A stretch of DNA of 64,000 bases from a bacterium (GTDB lineage: Bacteria > UBA8248), in assembly GCA_965200245.1 (NCBI GenBank), contig CBDATS010000005.1, forward strand, positions 32,001 through 96,000, written 5' to 3'. The stretch's first letter is position 1. Each line of letters opens with the position of its first letter. The position numbers and the translations under genes were made by a program. The notes under the pieces were generated by a model. That model made no database searches, was not told the origin of the DNA, and saw nothing but the letters and a program-made list of their open reading frames with translations. Positions 40,918 to 52,045 of this stretch are shown in pieces.

Positions 40918-41574
40918 GTGGATTCCCTACTGTATCCTTCCTACCGCCCCACTGCCCAGAGGCATCAATTGGAATCATCGGCAAAGGAATTCCTGGCCGA
41001 GCGAGCCGTGAAGTTTGATTCGCTTGCGGCTAGCGACTACTCCCGGCAGGTAGACGACATCTGCAAAGTCATCGTTGAATGCCTGACGTCTGAAAGGAAA
41101 ATCATCGCCTTCGGCAACGGGGGAAGCGCTGCACTCGCCATGCACTTCACGGGTGAACTCGTAGGCCGTTTTCTGGTCGACCGTGTTCCCCTGCCCGCCA
41201 TTTGTCTCAACGGAGATACGAGCGCCCTCACTGCCATCGGGAACGATTATGCATACGAAGCGATTTTTGCGCGGCAAATTCAAGCGCACGGTCGAACGGG
41301 AGACGTCGCTCTGGGCCTAAGCACGAGCGGAAAATCAGCCAATGTCGTCCACGCCCTTGACCAAGCCGGTACCCTGGGATTGGTTGGCGTCGCGATGACC
41401 GGCAGGAGTGGTGGCCCTGCCTCAATTGCCGCAAAACACACGGCGAATGTGCCCTCGGATGACACCGACTTCATACAGGAAGCCCATGAAGCCGCGCTTC
41501 ATTTCATTTGCCACCGCATCGATGAGGTATTCTCTGGGGATTCCGAAGCTCGAAGCACCACCTTGAATGTTTGA
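40918..41574 (+). CDS. gmhA: Phosphoheptose isomerase
   Basis: GNGGSA, GND, STSGKS.N, IQEAH. Confidence 0.88.
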   Translation: MDSLLYPSYRPTAQRHQLESSAKEFLAERAVKFDSLAASDYSRQVDDICKVIVECLTSERKIIAFGNGGSAALAMHFTGELVGRFLVDRVPLPAICLNGDTSALTAIGNDYAYEAIFARQIQAHGRTGDVALGLSTSGKSANVVHALDQAGTLGLVGVAMTGRSGGPASIAAKHTANVPSDDTDFIQEAHEAALHFICHRIDEVFSGDSEARSTTLNV

Positions 41575-41601
41575 GCAGATTCAGCGACGGGAAACATTGA
41601 C

Positions 41602-42396
41602 GTGGAAATCGGGATTTTAGGCAGCGGGAGTCGGGGAAACGCCGCTCTGGTGCGCTCGGAGGACGCGGCGTTTCTTGTCGATGCCGGTCTCAGTGCAAGG
41701 CAGATCACAAAACGTCTTGAAACCTACGGCGTCCATCCGCAGGATCTGATGGCAATCGTCCTGACACATGAACATATCGATCACATCAGAAGCGCAGGCA
41801 GTTTGGCGAGAAGGTGGAATCTGCCACTTTGGACGAATAAAGCCACATACGCTGCCAGCGAGAAGACGATCGGCAAAACACCCGAGTGGATTGAAATCGA
41901 AGTGGGTGTCCCCTTTCATATCGCAGACATAAGAGTCGAGCCTTTCAGCACACCTCATGACGCGGCCGATCCATTTGGAATGACATTCAAGGCCGAGGAC
42001 GGGCACCGTGTTGGCTTCGCTACAGACATGGGATTCGTTACGAATCTCGCTCGCCTGCGCCTGCAGGGGCTTCAGGGACTCGTGCTGGAATTCAACCATG
42101 ATGTGGAAATGCTTGCCAACGGCCCCTACCCCTGGCCGATCAAACAAAGAATCCGCAGCAAACTCGGACACCTCAGCAACGAAGACGCTGCGAAGTTGCT
42201 CCGCAATATCGTAACGGCAGATTTCGAGTGGCTCATCTGCGCGCACATCTCACAAGAGAACAACGAAAACCAGCTTCTTCTGGAGACGGCACGAAAAGCT
42301 TTGAACGGCCACGGACGCAGAAACCTCCTGAGCGCCTCTCAGGATGAGCCTACTCCCCTTGCGGGTACCGGAGGCATAATGGAGGGTATTCCTTGA
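41602..42396 (+). CDS. Metallo-beta-lactamase fold hydrolase (YycJ/WalJ-like)
   Basis: SGSRGN, THEHIDH, HDAA, TDMG, GHLSN. Confidence 0.88.
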   Translation: MEIGILGSGSRGNAALVRSEDAAFLVDAGLSARQITKRLETYGVHPQDLMAIVLTHEHIDHIRSAGSLARRWNLPLWTNKATYAASEKTIGKTPEWIEIEVGVPFHIADIRVEPFSTPHDAADPFGMTFKAEDGHRVGFATDMGFVTNLARLRLQGLQGLVLEFNHDVEMLANGPYPWPIKQRIRSKLGHLSNEDAAKLLRNIVTADFEWLICAHISQENNENQLLLETARKALNGHGRRNLLSASQDEPTPLAGTGGIMEGIP

Positions 42397-43700
42397 TTCC
42401 GCGATACACACGCCCTGAAATGGCGAAAATATGGGAAGAACGGGAAAAGCTGCAGCGGATGCTTGACGTGGAGTTAGCCGTTTGCGAGGAAATGTGTGCA
42501 CGCGAGGAAATCCCCGAATACGCTCTGGAAAAAATTAAATCGAAGGCGGCGTTCGACCCCGACCGAATCAAGGCGATAGAACGTGTCACGAAGCACGACG
42601 TCATCGCCTTTCTCACCAACGTAGCGGAACATGTAGGGCCGTCATCGCGCTACATTCACCTCGGCATGACGAGCAGTGACGTCCTCGATACTGGCCTCGC
42701 GCTACAACTCATATCCGCCGCCGATATTATTCTCGACGACATCCAGGAACTCCGGATGACCCTGAAAGAACGCGCTATAGAACATAAGCGCACCATCATG
42801 TCGGGCAGAACCCACGGAATGCACGCCGAACCGACGACATTGGGCCTCAAGATAGCCACCTGGTACACCGAGTTTGAGCGCGCGTCCGAGCGAATGCAAA
42901 GTGCGCGCGAAACTGTCCGCGTAGGCCAGATATCGGGTGCGGTGGGCGCCTGTCCTCATATCCCGCCAGACGCTGAAGAGGCCATCTGCAAACGTCTGGG
43001 CCTCAAGGTGGATCGTGTGAGCAGCCAAATCATCCAGCGCGACCGCCATGCGGAATATCATCTTGCGCTCGCTCTGGTGACGGCGAGCATCTCCCGTGTA
43101 GCGACGGAGATACGTCATCTCCAAAGGAATGAAGTAGGCGAAGCGGAGGAGTTCTTCAGCAAAGGCCAGAAAGGAAGTTCCGCCATGCCCCATAAGCGGA
43201 ACCCCGTGGTATCGGAGCAGCTTTGCGGCCTCGCCCGCATTGTGCAGGGAAACGCCCTGGCAGCCCTCCAGAATGTCCCTCTATGGCATGAGCGCGATAT
43301 CTCCCACTCATCCGTGGAACGGGTCATACTGCCTGACAGCACGATTCTCGTCGACTATATGCTGTTCAAATTGAACGAGTTAATGAAACACTGGGTCGTT
43401 TATCCCGACAAGATGGAGGAGAACCTTGCGCGCTCGAAAGGATTGCTCCTCAGCGAACACGTTATGCTGGCATTGATTCGTAAAACGGGCATTACCCGAG
43501 AGGAGGCCTACTCGCGTGTTCAGGCTCCTGCCATGGGGGTCTGGGCCGAGGGAGGAGACTTTCAGGCTACGCTAGCGGCGGATCCGCAAATCGGAGGCGT
43601 GCTGGGTGAAGAGGAACTCGCCCACTGCTTCGACATGGACGCTCACCTGAAAAATCTGGACCAGATTTTCGAGCGCGTGTTCGGCCGCGAGGATGGATAA
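42393..43700 (+). CDS. purB: Adenylosuccinate lyase
   Basis: MIPRY, HDVIAF, GRTHG.HAEP, GSSAMPHKRNP. Confidence 0.97.
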   Translation: MIPRYTRPEMAKIWEEREKLQRMLDVELAVCEEMCAREEIPEYALEKIKSKAAFDPDRIKAIERVTKHDVIAFLTNVAEHVGPSSRYIHLGMTSSDVLDTGLALQLISAADIILDDIQELRMTLKERAIEHKRTIMSGRTHGMHAEPTTLGLKIATWYTEFERASERMQSARETVRVGQISGAVGACPHIPPDAEEAICKRLGLKVDRVSSQIIQRDRHAEYHLALALVTASISRVATEIRHLQRNEVGEAEEFFSKGQKGSSAMPHKRNPVVSEQLCGLARIVQGNALAALQNVPLWHERDISHSSVERVILPDSTILVDYMLFKLNELMKHWVVYPDKMEENLARSKGLLLSEHVMLALIRKTGITREEAYSRVQAPAMGVWAEGGDFQATLAADPQIGGVLGEEELAHCFDMDAHLKNLDQIFERVFGREDG

Positions 43701-43849
43701 AACCCGGCACGGGAGGTGACAAACACAAATCCATTTATGCTAGGATGAATACGCCAAGCTAACCGGATTGGCCGTTTTATAACCTGCTCAATGGAATAAC
43801 CCCTTAGATGAAGGTTCGAACTCTGCGACCCTTGGATGGAGAATTGTTC

Positions 43850-44563
43850 ATGAAACGCGGCAAACAGGTTTATGAAGGCAAAGCCAAAATTATCTATGAG
43901 ACCGATAACCCCGACTACTGTATCCAGTTCTTCAAGGACGATGCTTCCGCCTTTAACGCCAAGAAACTGGGGACCATCGAAGCCAAGGGAGTTTTCAACA
44001 ATTCCATCTCCTCTCGCTTGCTCCTGGAGGTGGAACGCCAAGGCATACCGACTCATTTCGTGGAAAAACTCTCCGATCGCGAGATGCTGGTGAAAAAGCT
44101 CGACATCATTCTTGTCGAAGTGGTGTTGAGAAACATTATCGCGGGAAGTCTGGCCAAGCGGATGGGCGTGGAGGAAGGCGCCCGACTTCCGAACACGGTT
44201 GTCGACCTCCACCTGAAAAACGATGAACTTGACGATCCGCTCATCAACGAAGACACCGCCGTAGCCTTCAACCTGGCCACTCGCGAGGAACTCGCGCAGA
44301 TGCGCAAATACGCAATGAAGGTAAACGACATCCTCACCTCGTTTTTTTCCGAAAGGAACATTGACCTCGTGGATTTCAAGCTCGAATTCGGGCGTTGCGC
44401 TGCGGAGGACGGCAAACTTCTGTTGGGCGATGAAATCACGCCGGACGGCTGCCGTTTCTGGGAAAAGGGAACAGGCCGGAAACTGGACAAGGATCGCTTC
44501 CGCAGGGACTTGGGCAACGTGGAAGATGCATATGCAGAAGTAGAAAAACTCGTCATAGAATAA
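43850..44563 (+). CDS. purC: SAICAR synthetase
   Basis: YEGKAK, LVDFKLEFG, DEITPD.CRFW, LDKDRFR. Confidence 0.96.
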   Translation: MKRGKQVYEGKAKIIYETDNPDYCIQFFKDDASAFNAKKLGTIEAKGVFNNSISSRLLLEVERQGIPTHFVEKLSDREMLVKKLDIILVEVVLRNIIAGSLAKRMGVEEGARLPNTVVDLHLKNDELDDPLINEDTAVAFNLATREELAQMRKYAMKVNDILTSFFSERNIDLVDFKLEFGRCAAEDGKLLLGDEITPDGCRFWEKGTGRKLDKDRFRRDLGNVEDAYAEVEKLVIE

Positions 44564-44575
44564 CTTCGCCCTGAG

Positions 44576-44842
44576 GTGGTGATGCCGAAAGCCCTAGTCT
44601 ACGTTACATTCAAAGCGGGTGTGCTCGACCCCCAGGGGGAAGCGGTTCGGGGAGCGCTCTCCTCGCTTGGATTCAAGGGCGTGAACGACGTGCGCGTGGG
44701 AAAATTCATCGAGCTCGAACTTGAGGACGCGGACGACATTCATGCCAATCTGGAAAAAATGTGTCGCGATCTACTCGCCAACCCCGTCATCGAAGACTAC
44801 CACATCGAAATGGCTGACGAATCCACGAACGGCGGGAGATGA
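44576..44842 (+). CDS. purS: FGAM synthase subunit PurS
   Basis: [21 protein letters not shown]. Confidence 0.95.
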   Translation: MVMPKALVYVTFKAGVLDPQGEAVRGALSSLGFKGVNDVRVGKFIELELEDADDIHANLEKMCRDLLANPVIEDYHIEMADESTNGGR

Positions 44843-45540
44843 AAATGCAATTTGCCGTCATCGTCTTTCCTGGTTCGAATTGCGATCACGACTGTTACCA
44901 CGCCATCAAGGAAGTTCTCAATCAGCCTGTGCGGTTCGTGTGGCACAAGGAGACCTCTCTTGCAGACGCAGAGGTGGTGATACTCCCCGGAGGCTTCAGC
45001 TACGGGGATTATCTGAGAGCCGGCACTATATCGCGCTTCTCACCAATCATGAAAGCAGTTTCCGCGCATGCCCGGAAAGGACGTCCCCTGCTCGGTATAT
45101 GTAACGGCTTTCAGTGCCTGACCGAATCGGGCCTGTTACCCGGAGCATTGAGGCGAAACGAGTCACTTCGCTTCATCTGTGACGAAGTTTGGCTCAAATG
45201 CGAGACTTCGAGAACTCCCTTTACCTGCGGCATCGAGCCCGACGAGATTCTCAAAATGACAATCGCGCACGGTGAAGGCAACTATTTTTGCGATCCCGAG
45301 ACACTTGCAGCGCTTGAGAACAACGAACAGATTGTTTTCCGCTACACGGACGCGGAGGGAAACGTGCATTCCGAAACGAATCCAAACGGTTCGATGGAAA
45401 ACATCGCGGGAATATGCAATCCGGCGGGAAACGTGGTCGGCCTTATGCCGCATCCCGAGCGCAGCTGCGATTCCCTGCTAGGCGGCGAGGACGGATTGCA
45501 AATGTTTCTGTCCGTGCTGCGCATGGTGGCCTCAACATGA
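44839..45540 (+). CDS. purQ: FGAM synthase glutaminase subunit
   Basis: [30 protein letters not shown]. Confidence 0.96.
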   Translation: MKMQFAVIVFPGSNCDHDCYHAIKEVLNQPVRFVWHKETSLADAEVVILPGGFSYGDYLRAGTISRFSPIMKAVSAHARKGRPLLGICNGFQCLTESGLLPGALRRNESLRFICDEVWLKCETSRTPFTCGIEPDEILKMTIAHGEGNYFCDPETLAALENNEQIVFRYTDAEGNVHSETNPNGSMENIAGICNPAGNVVGLMPHPERSCDSLLGGEDGLQMFLSVLRMVAST

Positions 45541-47774
45541 TCGCAACAGATACACCCGCCAAGCGTGACATGGCCCTCGATCACGGCCTTTCCCCGAACG
45601 AATGGGAAAGAATCGCGCAAATCCTGGGGCGCAACCCCAACGTAACGGAACTCGGTGTATTCTCCGCTATGTGGAACGAGCATTGTTCGTACAAGAGCAG
45701 CCGCATCCACCTGAAAAAATTGCCCACGAAAGGCCCGAACGTCCTGCAGGGACCTGGAGAGAACGCGGGCGTCGTCGACCTGGGCGAAGGCATGGCCATT
45801 GCCTTCAAAATGGAAAGCCACAATCACCCCTCTTTCATCGAACCCTACCAAGGCGCGGCCACCGGGGTGGGCGGTATTTTACGTGATATTTTCACGATGG
45901 GAGCGCGGCCCATCGCGCTGCTTGACAGCTTGCGTTTCGGGGCACCGGAGGATCCACGCACGCCATATCTCGTCGGCGGCGTCGTAGGCGGCATCGCGGG
46001 CTACGGGAATTGCGTCGGCGTTCCTACAGTGGGTGGAGAAACAAAGTTTCACCCCTGCTATAACGGCAACATTCTGGTGAACGTCATGTGTGTGGGTGTC
46101 ATGCGCTCGGACGCCATATTCCGGGGCACCGCCTCTGGTATCGGGAATCCTGTCATCTACGTGGGCGCGCCCACCGGCCGAGACGGCATCCACGGAGCGT
46201 CCATGGCGTCTGTGGGTTTTGACGATTCCGCGCTGGAGAAGAGACCAACTGTTCAGGTGGGCGATCCATTCCGGGAAAAATTGCTTCTCGAGGCGTGCCT
46301 GGAATTGATGAAATGTAACGCCGTGGTCGGTATTCAGGATATGGGTGCCGCCGGCCTCACTTCCTCATCCGTTGAAATGGCAGGCCGCGCAGGCACGGGT
46401 CTTATCCTTCGCCTGGATGCAGTTCCTTGCCGGGAAGAAGCGATGTCGCCATACGAGATGATGCTCTCCGAAAGCCAGGAAAGGATGCTGCTGGTAGCGG
46501 AAAAAGGCAGGGAATCCGAGGTGCAGGAGATATTCGAACGCTGGGACCTGCCGATGTCTGTCGTGGGAGAAGTGACCGGTGACGGAAGACTTCGTGCATC
46601 TTTCGATGGGAATGAAGTCGCCAACCTGCCCGTATCTTCCCTGACGGATGATGCGCCGACATATGATCGTCCCCAAAAACCCGAACGCGGCCTCCCGCCG
46701 GACGACCCGCTGGACAAGCTGCCGGAACCAAAAGACCTTGGACTTGTCCTGCTCAAGATGCTGGCCCACCCCAACCAGGGAGACAAAAAACCGATATGGC
46801 GCCAATATGACTATAAAGTTCGTACGAACACGGTGAATCCTCCGGGGGGAGACGCCGCAGTCATTCATCTTAAGGGTACGCAAAAGGCGCTGGCGCTCAC
46901 AACAGACGGCAACTCCAGATACAGCATGCTCAATCCCTATAAGGGCGGGATGCTCGCCGTGGCGGAAGCCGCACGAAACATCTCCTGCGTAGGCGCCAGG
47001 CCACTTGCACTCACCAATTGCCTGAATTTCGGTAATCCGGAACGCCCCGCCATCATGGCCCAGTTCTCTTCATCTATTGAGGGCATGGCGCAAGCGTGCC
47101 GGTCTCTTGAACTACCGGTAGTGAGCGGGAACGTGAGCTTCTATAACGAGACACACCAGGTGGATATCTACCCTACTCCGATTATCGGCATGGTGGGACT
47201 GCTCGACGATGTACACAAAAGAGCGTGCCATGGTTTCGCATCTGAGAATGATGTTATTGCCCTGATACATCCTGTCGGCGAAGCCCTGTTGTCGGCAAGT
47301 TCGGCCCATGAATACGTCTGGGTGGATAGTGGTCAAGAAGGAGGCGATGCACCTCCGATTTCCCTGGATGCGGAAAAAGCCGTGCAGGCAGCTTGCAGGC
47401 GAGGCATCGAAACGGGCCTGGTACGCTCCGCCCACGATCTTTCCGAAGGCGGTCTGGGAATCGCACTGGCGGAATCCGCGCTCGCATCACCGAAAAGAAA
47501 ACTTGGAGTCGAAGTGACGCTTCCCGATCTGGAAGGCAGACTGGACGGCTTACTTTACGGCGAAGCCGCATCGCGCATACTGGTGACCACACCTCCAGAT
47601 GCGATGGACGCCCTGCTCGAGGTCGCACAAAGCTGTGGAGCGAACCTCACGCGAATTGGTCGTGTCCAGGAACGTGCATTCGTCATAAAAACAGCGGATA
47701 ATGCGCCTCTTGTAGATCTGACCATGCCCGCAATCGTGGCGGCTTGGTCGGGTGCCCTCTCCGAGGTAATGTGA
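45537..47774 (+). CDS. purL: FGAM synthase subunit PurL (small type)
   Basis: MW.EHCSYK, ESHNHPS, QDMGAAG, SESQERM, SGNVS; ATG overlaps the purQ stop. Confidence 0.96.
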   Translation: MIATDTPAKRDMALDHGLSPNEWERIAQILGRNPNVTELGVFSAMWNEHCSYKSSRIHLKKLPTKGPNVLQGPGENAGVVDLGEGMAIAFKMESHNHPSFIEPYQGAATGVGGILRDIFTMGARPIALLDSLRFGAPEDPRTPYLVGGVVGGIAGYGNCVGVPTVGGETKFHPCYNGNILVNVMCVGVMRSDAIFRGTASGIGNPVIYVGAPTGRDGIHGASMASVGFDDSALEKRPTVQVGDPFREKLLLEACLELMKCNAVVGIQDMGAAGLTSSSVEMAGRAGTGLILRLDAVPCREEAMSPYEMMLSESQERMLLVAEKGRESEVQEIFERWDLPMSVVGEVTGDGRLRASFDGNEVANLPVSSLTDDAPTYDRPQKPERGLPPDDPLDKLPEPKDLGLVLLKMLAHPNQGDKKPIWRQYDYKVRTNTVNPPGGDAAVIHLKGTQKALALTTDGNSRYSMLNPYKGGMLAVAEAARNISCVGARPLALTNCLNFGNPERPAIMAQFSSSIEGMAQACRSLELPVVSGNVSFYNETHQVDIYPTPIIGMVGLLDDVHKRACHGFASENDVIALIHPVGEALLSASSAHEYVWVDSGQEGGDAPPISLDAEKAVQAACRRGIETGLVRSAHDLSEGGLGIALAESALASPKRKLGVEVTLPDLEGRLDGLLYGEAASRILVTTPPDAMDALLEVAQSCGANLTRIGRVQERAFVIKTADNAPLVDLTMPAIVAAWSGALSEVM

Positions 47775-47775
47775 G

Positions 47776-49224
47776 ATGTCTACCTGTGTCGATGATCACC
47801 CGAAGGAGGAATGCGGCGTATTCGGGATATACAATCATCCTGAAGCGGCCAACATGGCCTATCTGGGTCTCTACGCCCTTCAGCACAGAGGACAAGAGAG
47901 TGCCGGTATCGTAGCTTCCAATGGCGAGAGGATGCACAGTGAAGTCGGCATGGGCCTTGTCGCCGATGTCTTCACGGAAGAGCGCATAGACAAGCTCAAT
48001 GGTCACATCGCCATTGGCCACAACCGCTACTCCACTGCCGGACAATCCGACATCAAAAACGCCCAGCCGTTCCTGGTGGACTATGCGAAAGGAACGCTCG
48101 CCCTGGGACACAATGGAAACCTCGTCAACGGCGGCGTGTTGCGAGAAGAGTTGGAAGAAAACGGATCGATTTTTCGGAGTACAACGGACAGCGAAGTCAT
48201 TTTACATCTCATCGCCCGCTCCGATGAAAAAACTTCCGAAGGCGCCATCATTGAAGCCATCCAACGACTGGAAGGAGCCTATACGCTCACGATGATGACA
48301 GTGGACAAGCTGATCGGTGTTCGGGACCCCCTCGGGTTCCGCCCCCTGGTTTTGGGCAAACTCCCTGCAGGACAAACCGGGAGCGATTCCTGGGTTCTCG
48401 CGAGCGAAACGTGTGCACTCGATTTGATAGACGCCGAATATGTGCGGGAAGTGCAACCCGGCGAGATGGTCGTGATCGATCACAATGGGGTAAGGAGCAT
48501 TAATTTTGCTCCAACCGCTCAACAGCAACAATGTATTTTCGAGTTTATTTATTTCGCCCGACCGGACAGCCTGATTTTCGGGAAAACTGCCTATGCAGTA
48601 AGACGAAAGCTGGGTGCTCGACTCGCCGAGGAAGACGATGTGGAGGCTGACATCGTTACACCCGTTCCAGACTCAGGCCTATCCGCAGCGCTGGGATACG
48701 CAGATGCCTCGGGACTGCCCCTGGAGTGGGGCCTGATACGCAACCACTACGTGGGCCGGACGTTTATCGAGCCTGAGCAGTCGATTCGGAATTTCGGCGT
48801 CAAACTCAAGCTGAATCCCATGAAAGAGTTTCTTGCGGACAAGCGGGTCGTGGTGGTCGATGACTCCCTCGTCAGGGGTACGACGAGCCAGAAAATTGTC
48901 GAGCTGATTCGGAGAGCAGGCGCAAGAGAAGTCCACATGCGCATCAGTTCGCCTCCCATCACCCATCCGTGTTTTTTCGGTATCGATATGTCTACCCTTG
49001 AGGAACTCAAGGCCTCTTCGAACAGCGTTGAGGAAATAAGACAATTCCTGAAGGCGGACAGCCTTCGCTATTTGTCTCTCAAGGGTCTGCTCCGTTGCGC
49101 TCATCCGAATGAGAATTCGTTTTGCACGGCCTGTTTTTCAGGAAATTATCCGATCCCTGTCGAAAACAACGACCATCAACTCTCTCTTTTTCGGGACTCC
49201 CGCGCTTCCGAACACCGTGCATAG
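47776..49224 (+). CDS. purF: Amidophosphoribosyltransferase
   Basis: Propeptide then EE-CGVFG, LQHRGQES, VVDDSLVRGTT, CTAC Fe-S motif. Confidence 0.97.
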   Translation: MSTCVDDHPKEECGVFGIYNHPEAANMAYLGLYALQHRGQESAGIVASNGERMHSEVGMGLVADVFTEERIDKLNGHIAIGHNRYSTAGQSDIKNAQPFLVDYAKGTLALGHNGNLVNGGVLREELEENGSIFRSTTDSEVILHLIARSDEKTSEGAIIEAIQRLEGAYTLTMMTVDKLIGVRDPLGFRPLVLGKLPAGQTGSDSWVLASETCALDLIDAEYVREVQPGEMVVIDHNGVRSINFAPTAQQQQCIFEFIYFARPDSLIFGKTAYAVRRKLGARLAEEDDVEADIVTPVPDSGLSAALGYADASGLPLEWGLIRNHYVGRTFIEPEQSIRNFGVKLKLNPMKEFLADKRVVVVDDSLVRGTTSQKIVELIRRAGAREVHMRISSPPITHPCFFGIDMSTLEELKASSNSVEEIRQFLKADSLRYLSLKGLLRCAHPNENSFCTACFSGNYPIPVENNDHQLSLFRDSRASEHRA

Positions 49225-49315
49225 CAATTTGACCAAGCAAAATAGTTAGTGTTATCCTTTACCAAGATTTTTCTATCGTTTTGGAATATTTGGCATTGGG
49301 AGAAAATATTTTACC

Positions 49316-51130
49316 ATGAAACGAAGATGGATATTCCTCATCTGCTTGTTTGCGACAGGCTGCAACGCGGTGTCTGTCTCCCAAAGTAAAATACCATCAA
49401 GCAATTTCACCAGCGATAATTCTGTCCGGGCGAAAATCGGTGCACCAAAAAAACTAACAGCCGACGCTTCCATCAAGACGAATGTCCTTGCTCCAACTCA
49501 AGCAAAGGTTTCCCTTTTTCCTGAACGCACAACGCCCGAACAGCCTGAAATTACTCAGCAAGAATCGCAGGTGATGTTGGCGTCCACGCAGTCGCAAGAC
49601 TACGAAGCCGACAATTTCACTACGCAGACTGAATCTCTGGAATTCGGGAATGAGCCTATAGATTCCATGGATGAAAAAAAGGAGAAAGACTCTGAACCCT
49701 CACCACACGACATCAACTTGTCGGTCCCTGAAACAGAAGAACTCATCAAGACTTCACCAACACCGGAAGCCAGGAAGCCGAAGGCTTTTGCATATGACGT
49801 ACCCATCGTTCGAAACGCCATCGTGGACAGATGGATTGAATACTTCACCGGTCCTGGGCGCGCCAGTTTCTCCTTCTGGCTGAGCCGGGGAGGACGCTAC
49901 ATCAATTTATTCCGCGAGATACTGAAAGAACACCAATTGCCTCAGGACCTGGCGTACCTCTCCCTCATTGAGAGCGGATTCAACCCAAAGGCACGTTCCA
50001 TCAAAGGTGCCGTCGGTCCCTGGCAGTTTATGCCGGGCACCGCGAGGCGAATGGGCCTGAAAATCAATTATTATCTCGACGAGCGCCGCCACCCGATGAA
50101 ATCGACCCGAGCAGCTGCGGCATATCTTTCGAAACTGTATGAGGAATTCGGCGACTGGCACCTGGCCCTCGCAGCATACAATGCGGGAGAAAATCGCATC
50201 GCCAAGACCATGCGCAGGTCCGGTCTCAAAGATTACTGGTCACTAGCCAGAACGAGACACCTGCCGAACGAGACCAGAAACTACGTCGCCAAATACCTGG
50301 CAGGGATGATAATCGCCAAAAATCCGGAAGTATTCGGATTCGCAAATATTGATTACGAAACCCCCTGGAACCTTGAAGCCGTACAGCTCACTCATGGCAC
50401 GAGCCTGAGAGCGATTTCCCGTTTATCCAAAGTCTCCTTTGACACTTTGAGGAAAATCAACGCAGAGTTGAGAACCTCCGTCACGCCACCGGGCAACGGA
50501 TACCATCTTTTTCTGCCAAATGAAGCGGCAAAAGAATTCAATAAAAAATTAGCGAAGCTTCACGAATTTTACCGCTCTGCCCCCGACTCCTACCACATAC
50601 AGCCGGGCGATACTTTCGGAGCAATCGCTCAAAAACTCGATATCCCGCTGGATAGACTAATGGAGTTGAACACCCATCTCCATCCCCGAAGACTTCAGGT
50701 AGGCGCCAAAATTCTTCTTCCAAAATCGATAAATACGCCGAAAGCGGATCGGCCAAATTCGGCAACAGGAAGCATAACTGCCATGCCGGATTTGCACATC
50801 GTGCAACGAGGTGAATCTTTTTGGCTAATCGCCCAAAAATACGGCATCTCCAGCCAGGAACTGTTGCAGTCCAACACCGGAATCGACCCAAAGCGTCTGC
50901 GAATTGGTATGAAAATTCGCCTCCCCTTGAAAAAACACCTCGTAAAACATGAGAAAACCAAGGAAAAAGAGACTGGCGGCAAATCGACGCGCCATCTCGT
51001 TGAGCCGGGAGAGAACGTCTCCATCATCGCCCATCAATACGGGGTTCGAACGGAAGTGCTCCTCGCATGGAATCGGTTGAGCCCCTCGGCCAAAATTTTT
51101 CCAGGAGAAAAACTCATCGTTCACCGCTAG
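49316..51130 (+). CDS. MltD-like lytic transglycosylase with three LysM domains (probable lipoprotein)
   Basis: Lipobox-like ATGC, LIESG, GPWQFM, AAYNAG, ETRNYV, LysM repeats. Confidence 0.9.
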   Translation: MKRRWIFLICLFATGCNAVSVSQSKIPSSNFTSDNSVRAKIGAPKKLTADASIKTNVLAPTQAKVSLFPERTTPEQPEITQQESQVMLASTQSQDYEADNFTTQTESLEFGNEPIDSMDEKKEKDSEPSPHDINLSVPETEELIKTSPTPEARKPKAFAYDVPIVRNAIVDRWIEYFTGPGRASFSFWLSRGGRYINLFREILKEHQLPQDLAYLSLIESGFNPKARSIKGAVGPWQFMPGTARRMGLKINYYLDERRHPMKSTRAAAAYLSKLYEEFGDWHLALAAYNAGENRIAKTMRRSGLKDYWSLARTRHLPNETRNYVAKYLAGMIIAKNPEVFGFANIDYETPWNLEAVQLTHGTSLRAISRLSKVSFDTLRKINAELRTSVTPPGNGYHLFLPNEAAKEFNKKLAKLHEFYRSAPDSYHIQPGDTFGAIAQKLDIPLDRLMELNTHLHPRRLQVGAKILLPKSINTPKADRPNSATGSITAMPDLHIVQRGESFWLIAQKYGISSQELLQSNTGIDPKRLRIGMKIRLPLKKHLVKHEKTKEKETGGKSTRHLVEPGENVSIIAHQYGVRTEVLLAWNRLSPSAKIFPGEKLIVHR

Positions 51131-51143
51131 AATTATAGGTTTC

Positions 51144-51173
51144 TTGACACTGGCTTCCATGCTCTCCTAAGAT
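51144..51173 (+). promoter_or_regulatory. Candidate sigma70 promoter of bamD
   Basis: TTGACA-18 nt-TAAGAT. Confidence 0.5.
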
Positions 51174-51224
51174 TCAGATTCAGTCGAAGTTGTACGACGA
51201 TAATTTTTTTCGATAGAGAACGAC

Positions 51225-51998
51225 ATGTTCAAACGCGCTACGAATGACGTCATGTTTGTATTTGTCTCCCTGTTTTGTGTGCTCTTTTTGATGAGTGGGT
51301 GTGTCTCGCGCCCGAAGCAACAGGCGTCGCCAGGAGAATTACTCGTCATCGGAGAAGAAGATTTGCGCGCAGAACGTTTTGAAGCGGCGCGCCTCGCTTT
51401 CAAACGCCTGTTGGAGGAATACCCTGACAGCAAACACCGCCGCAGCGCGCTGTTGCGCTTGGGAGATTCATACTACCAAGAGGAAGAATACATCGAATCG
51501 AAGTTGCAATACGCCGAATATGTCCGCCTGTATCCCGTAAGCGCCAAAACGCCGAAAGCGTTCTACTTCCTCGCCATGAGCGACTACCAGAGAAATCTAG
51601 ACATTGATCAGGACATAACTGTTGCGCGAGACGCGCTCAAAAACTTCCAAACCCTCGTACGACGCTTCCCAAGCTCGGAATATACGCCCAATGCGAGACA
51701 GAAGATATCGGGTTTAAGGGAACACCTCGTCAAAAACGCTTTGTTCGTCGCAAATTTTTATTTCAGGACAAACCTGCGCGTCTCTGCGATTCCGCGTTAC
51801 AAGGAAATCATTCGGGATTTTAGCGATGTCCCCCATGTTCGCGCCGAAGCCATGTACAAGCTGGGAGAAAGCTACAGAATCGAAGAGAGCTTCAGGAAAG
51901 CGGGAGAAGCCTATCGTTCTCTCCTGGAAGCATATCCAGATGATCAATATGCTTCACCCGCATACAGCAGGCTCGTCATACTCACAGGCAAAAAATGA
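51225..51998 (+). CDS. bamD: Outer membrane assembly lipoprotein BamD
   Basis: Lipobox LMSGC, TPRs, DQD..ARDA...F..LV.RFP.SEY, VANFY. Confidence 0.88.
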   Translation: MFKRATNDVMFVFVSLFCVLFLMSGCVSRPKQQASPGELLVIGEEDLRAERFEAARLAFKRLLEEYPDSKHRRSALLRLGDSYYQEEEYIESKLQYAEYVRLYPVSAKTPKAFYFLAMSDYQRNLDIDQDITVARDALKNFQTLVRRFPSSEYTPNARQKISGLREHLVKNALFVANFYFRTNLRVSAIPRYKEIIRDFSDVPHVRAEAMYKLGESYRIEESFRKAGEAYRSLLEAYPDDQYASPAYSRLVILTGKK

Positions 51999-52045
51999 TT
52001 TCTGGACCCATATTGTCAAACCAATTCGTCACATGCGGGTAACCT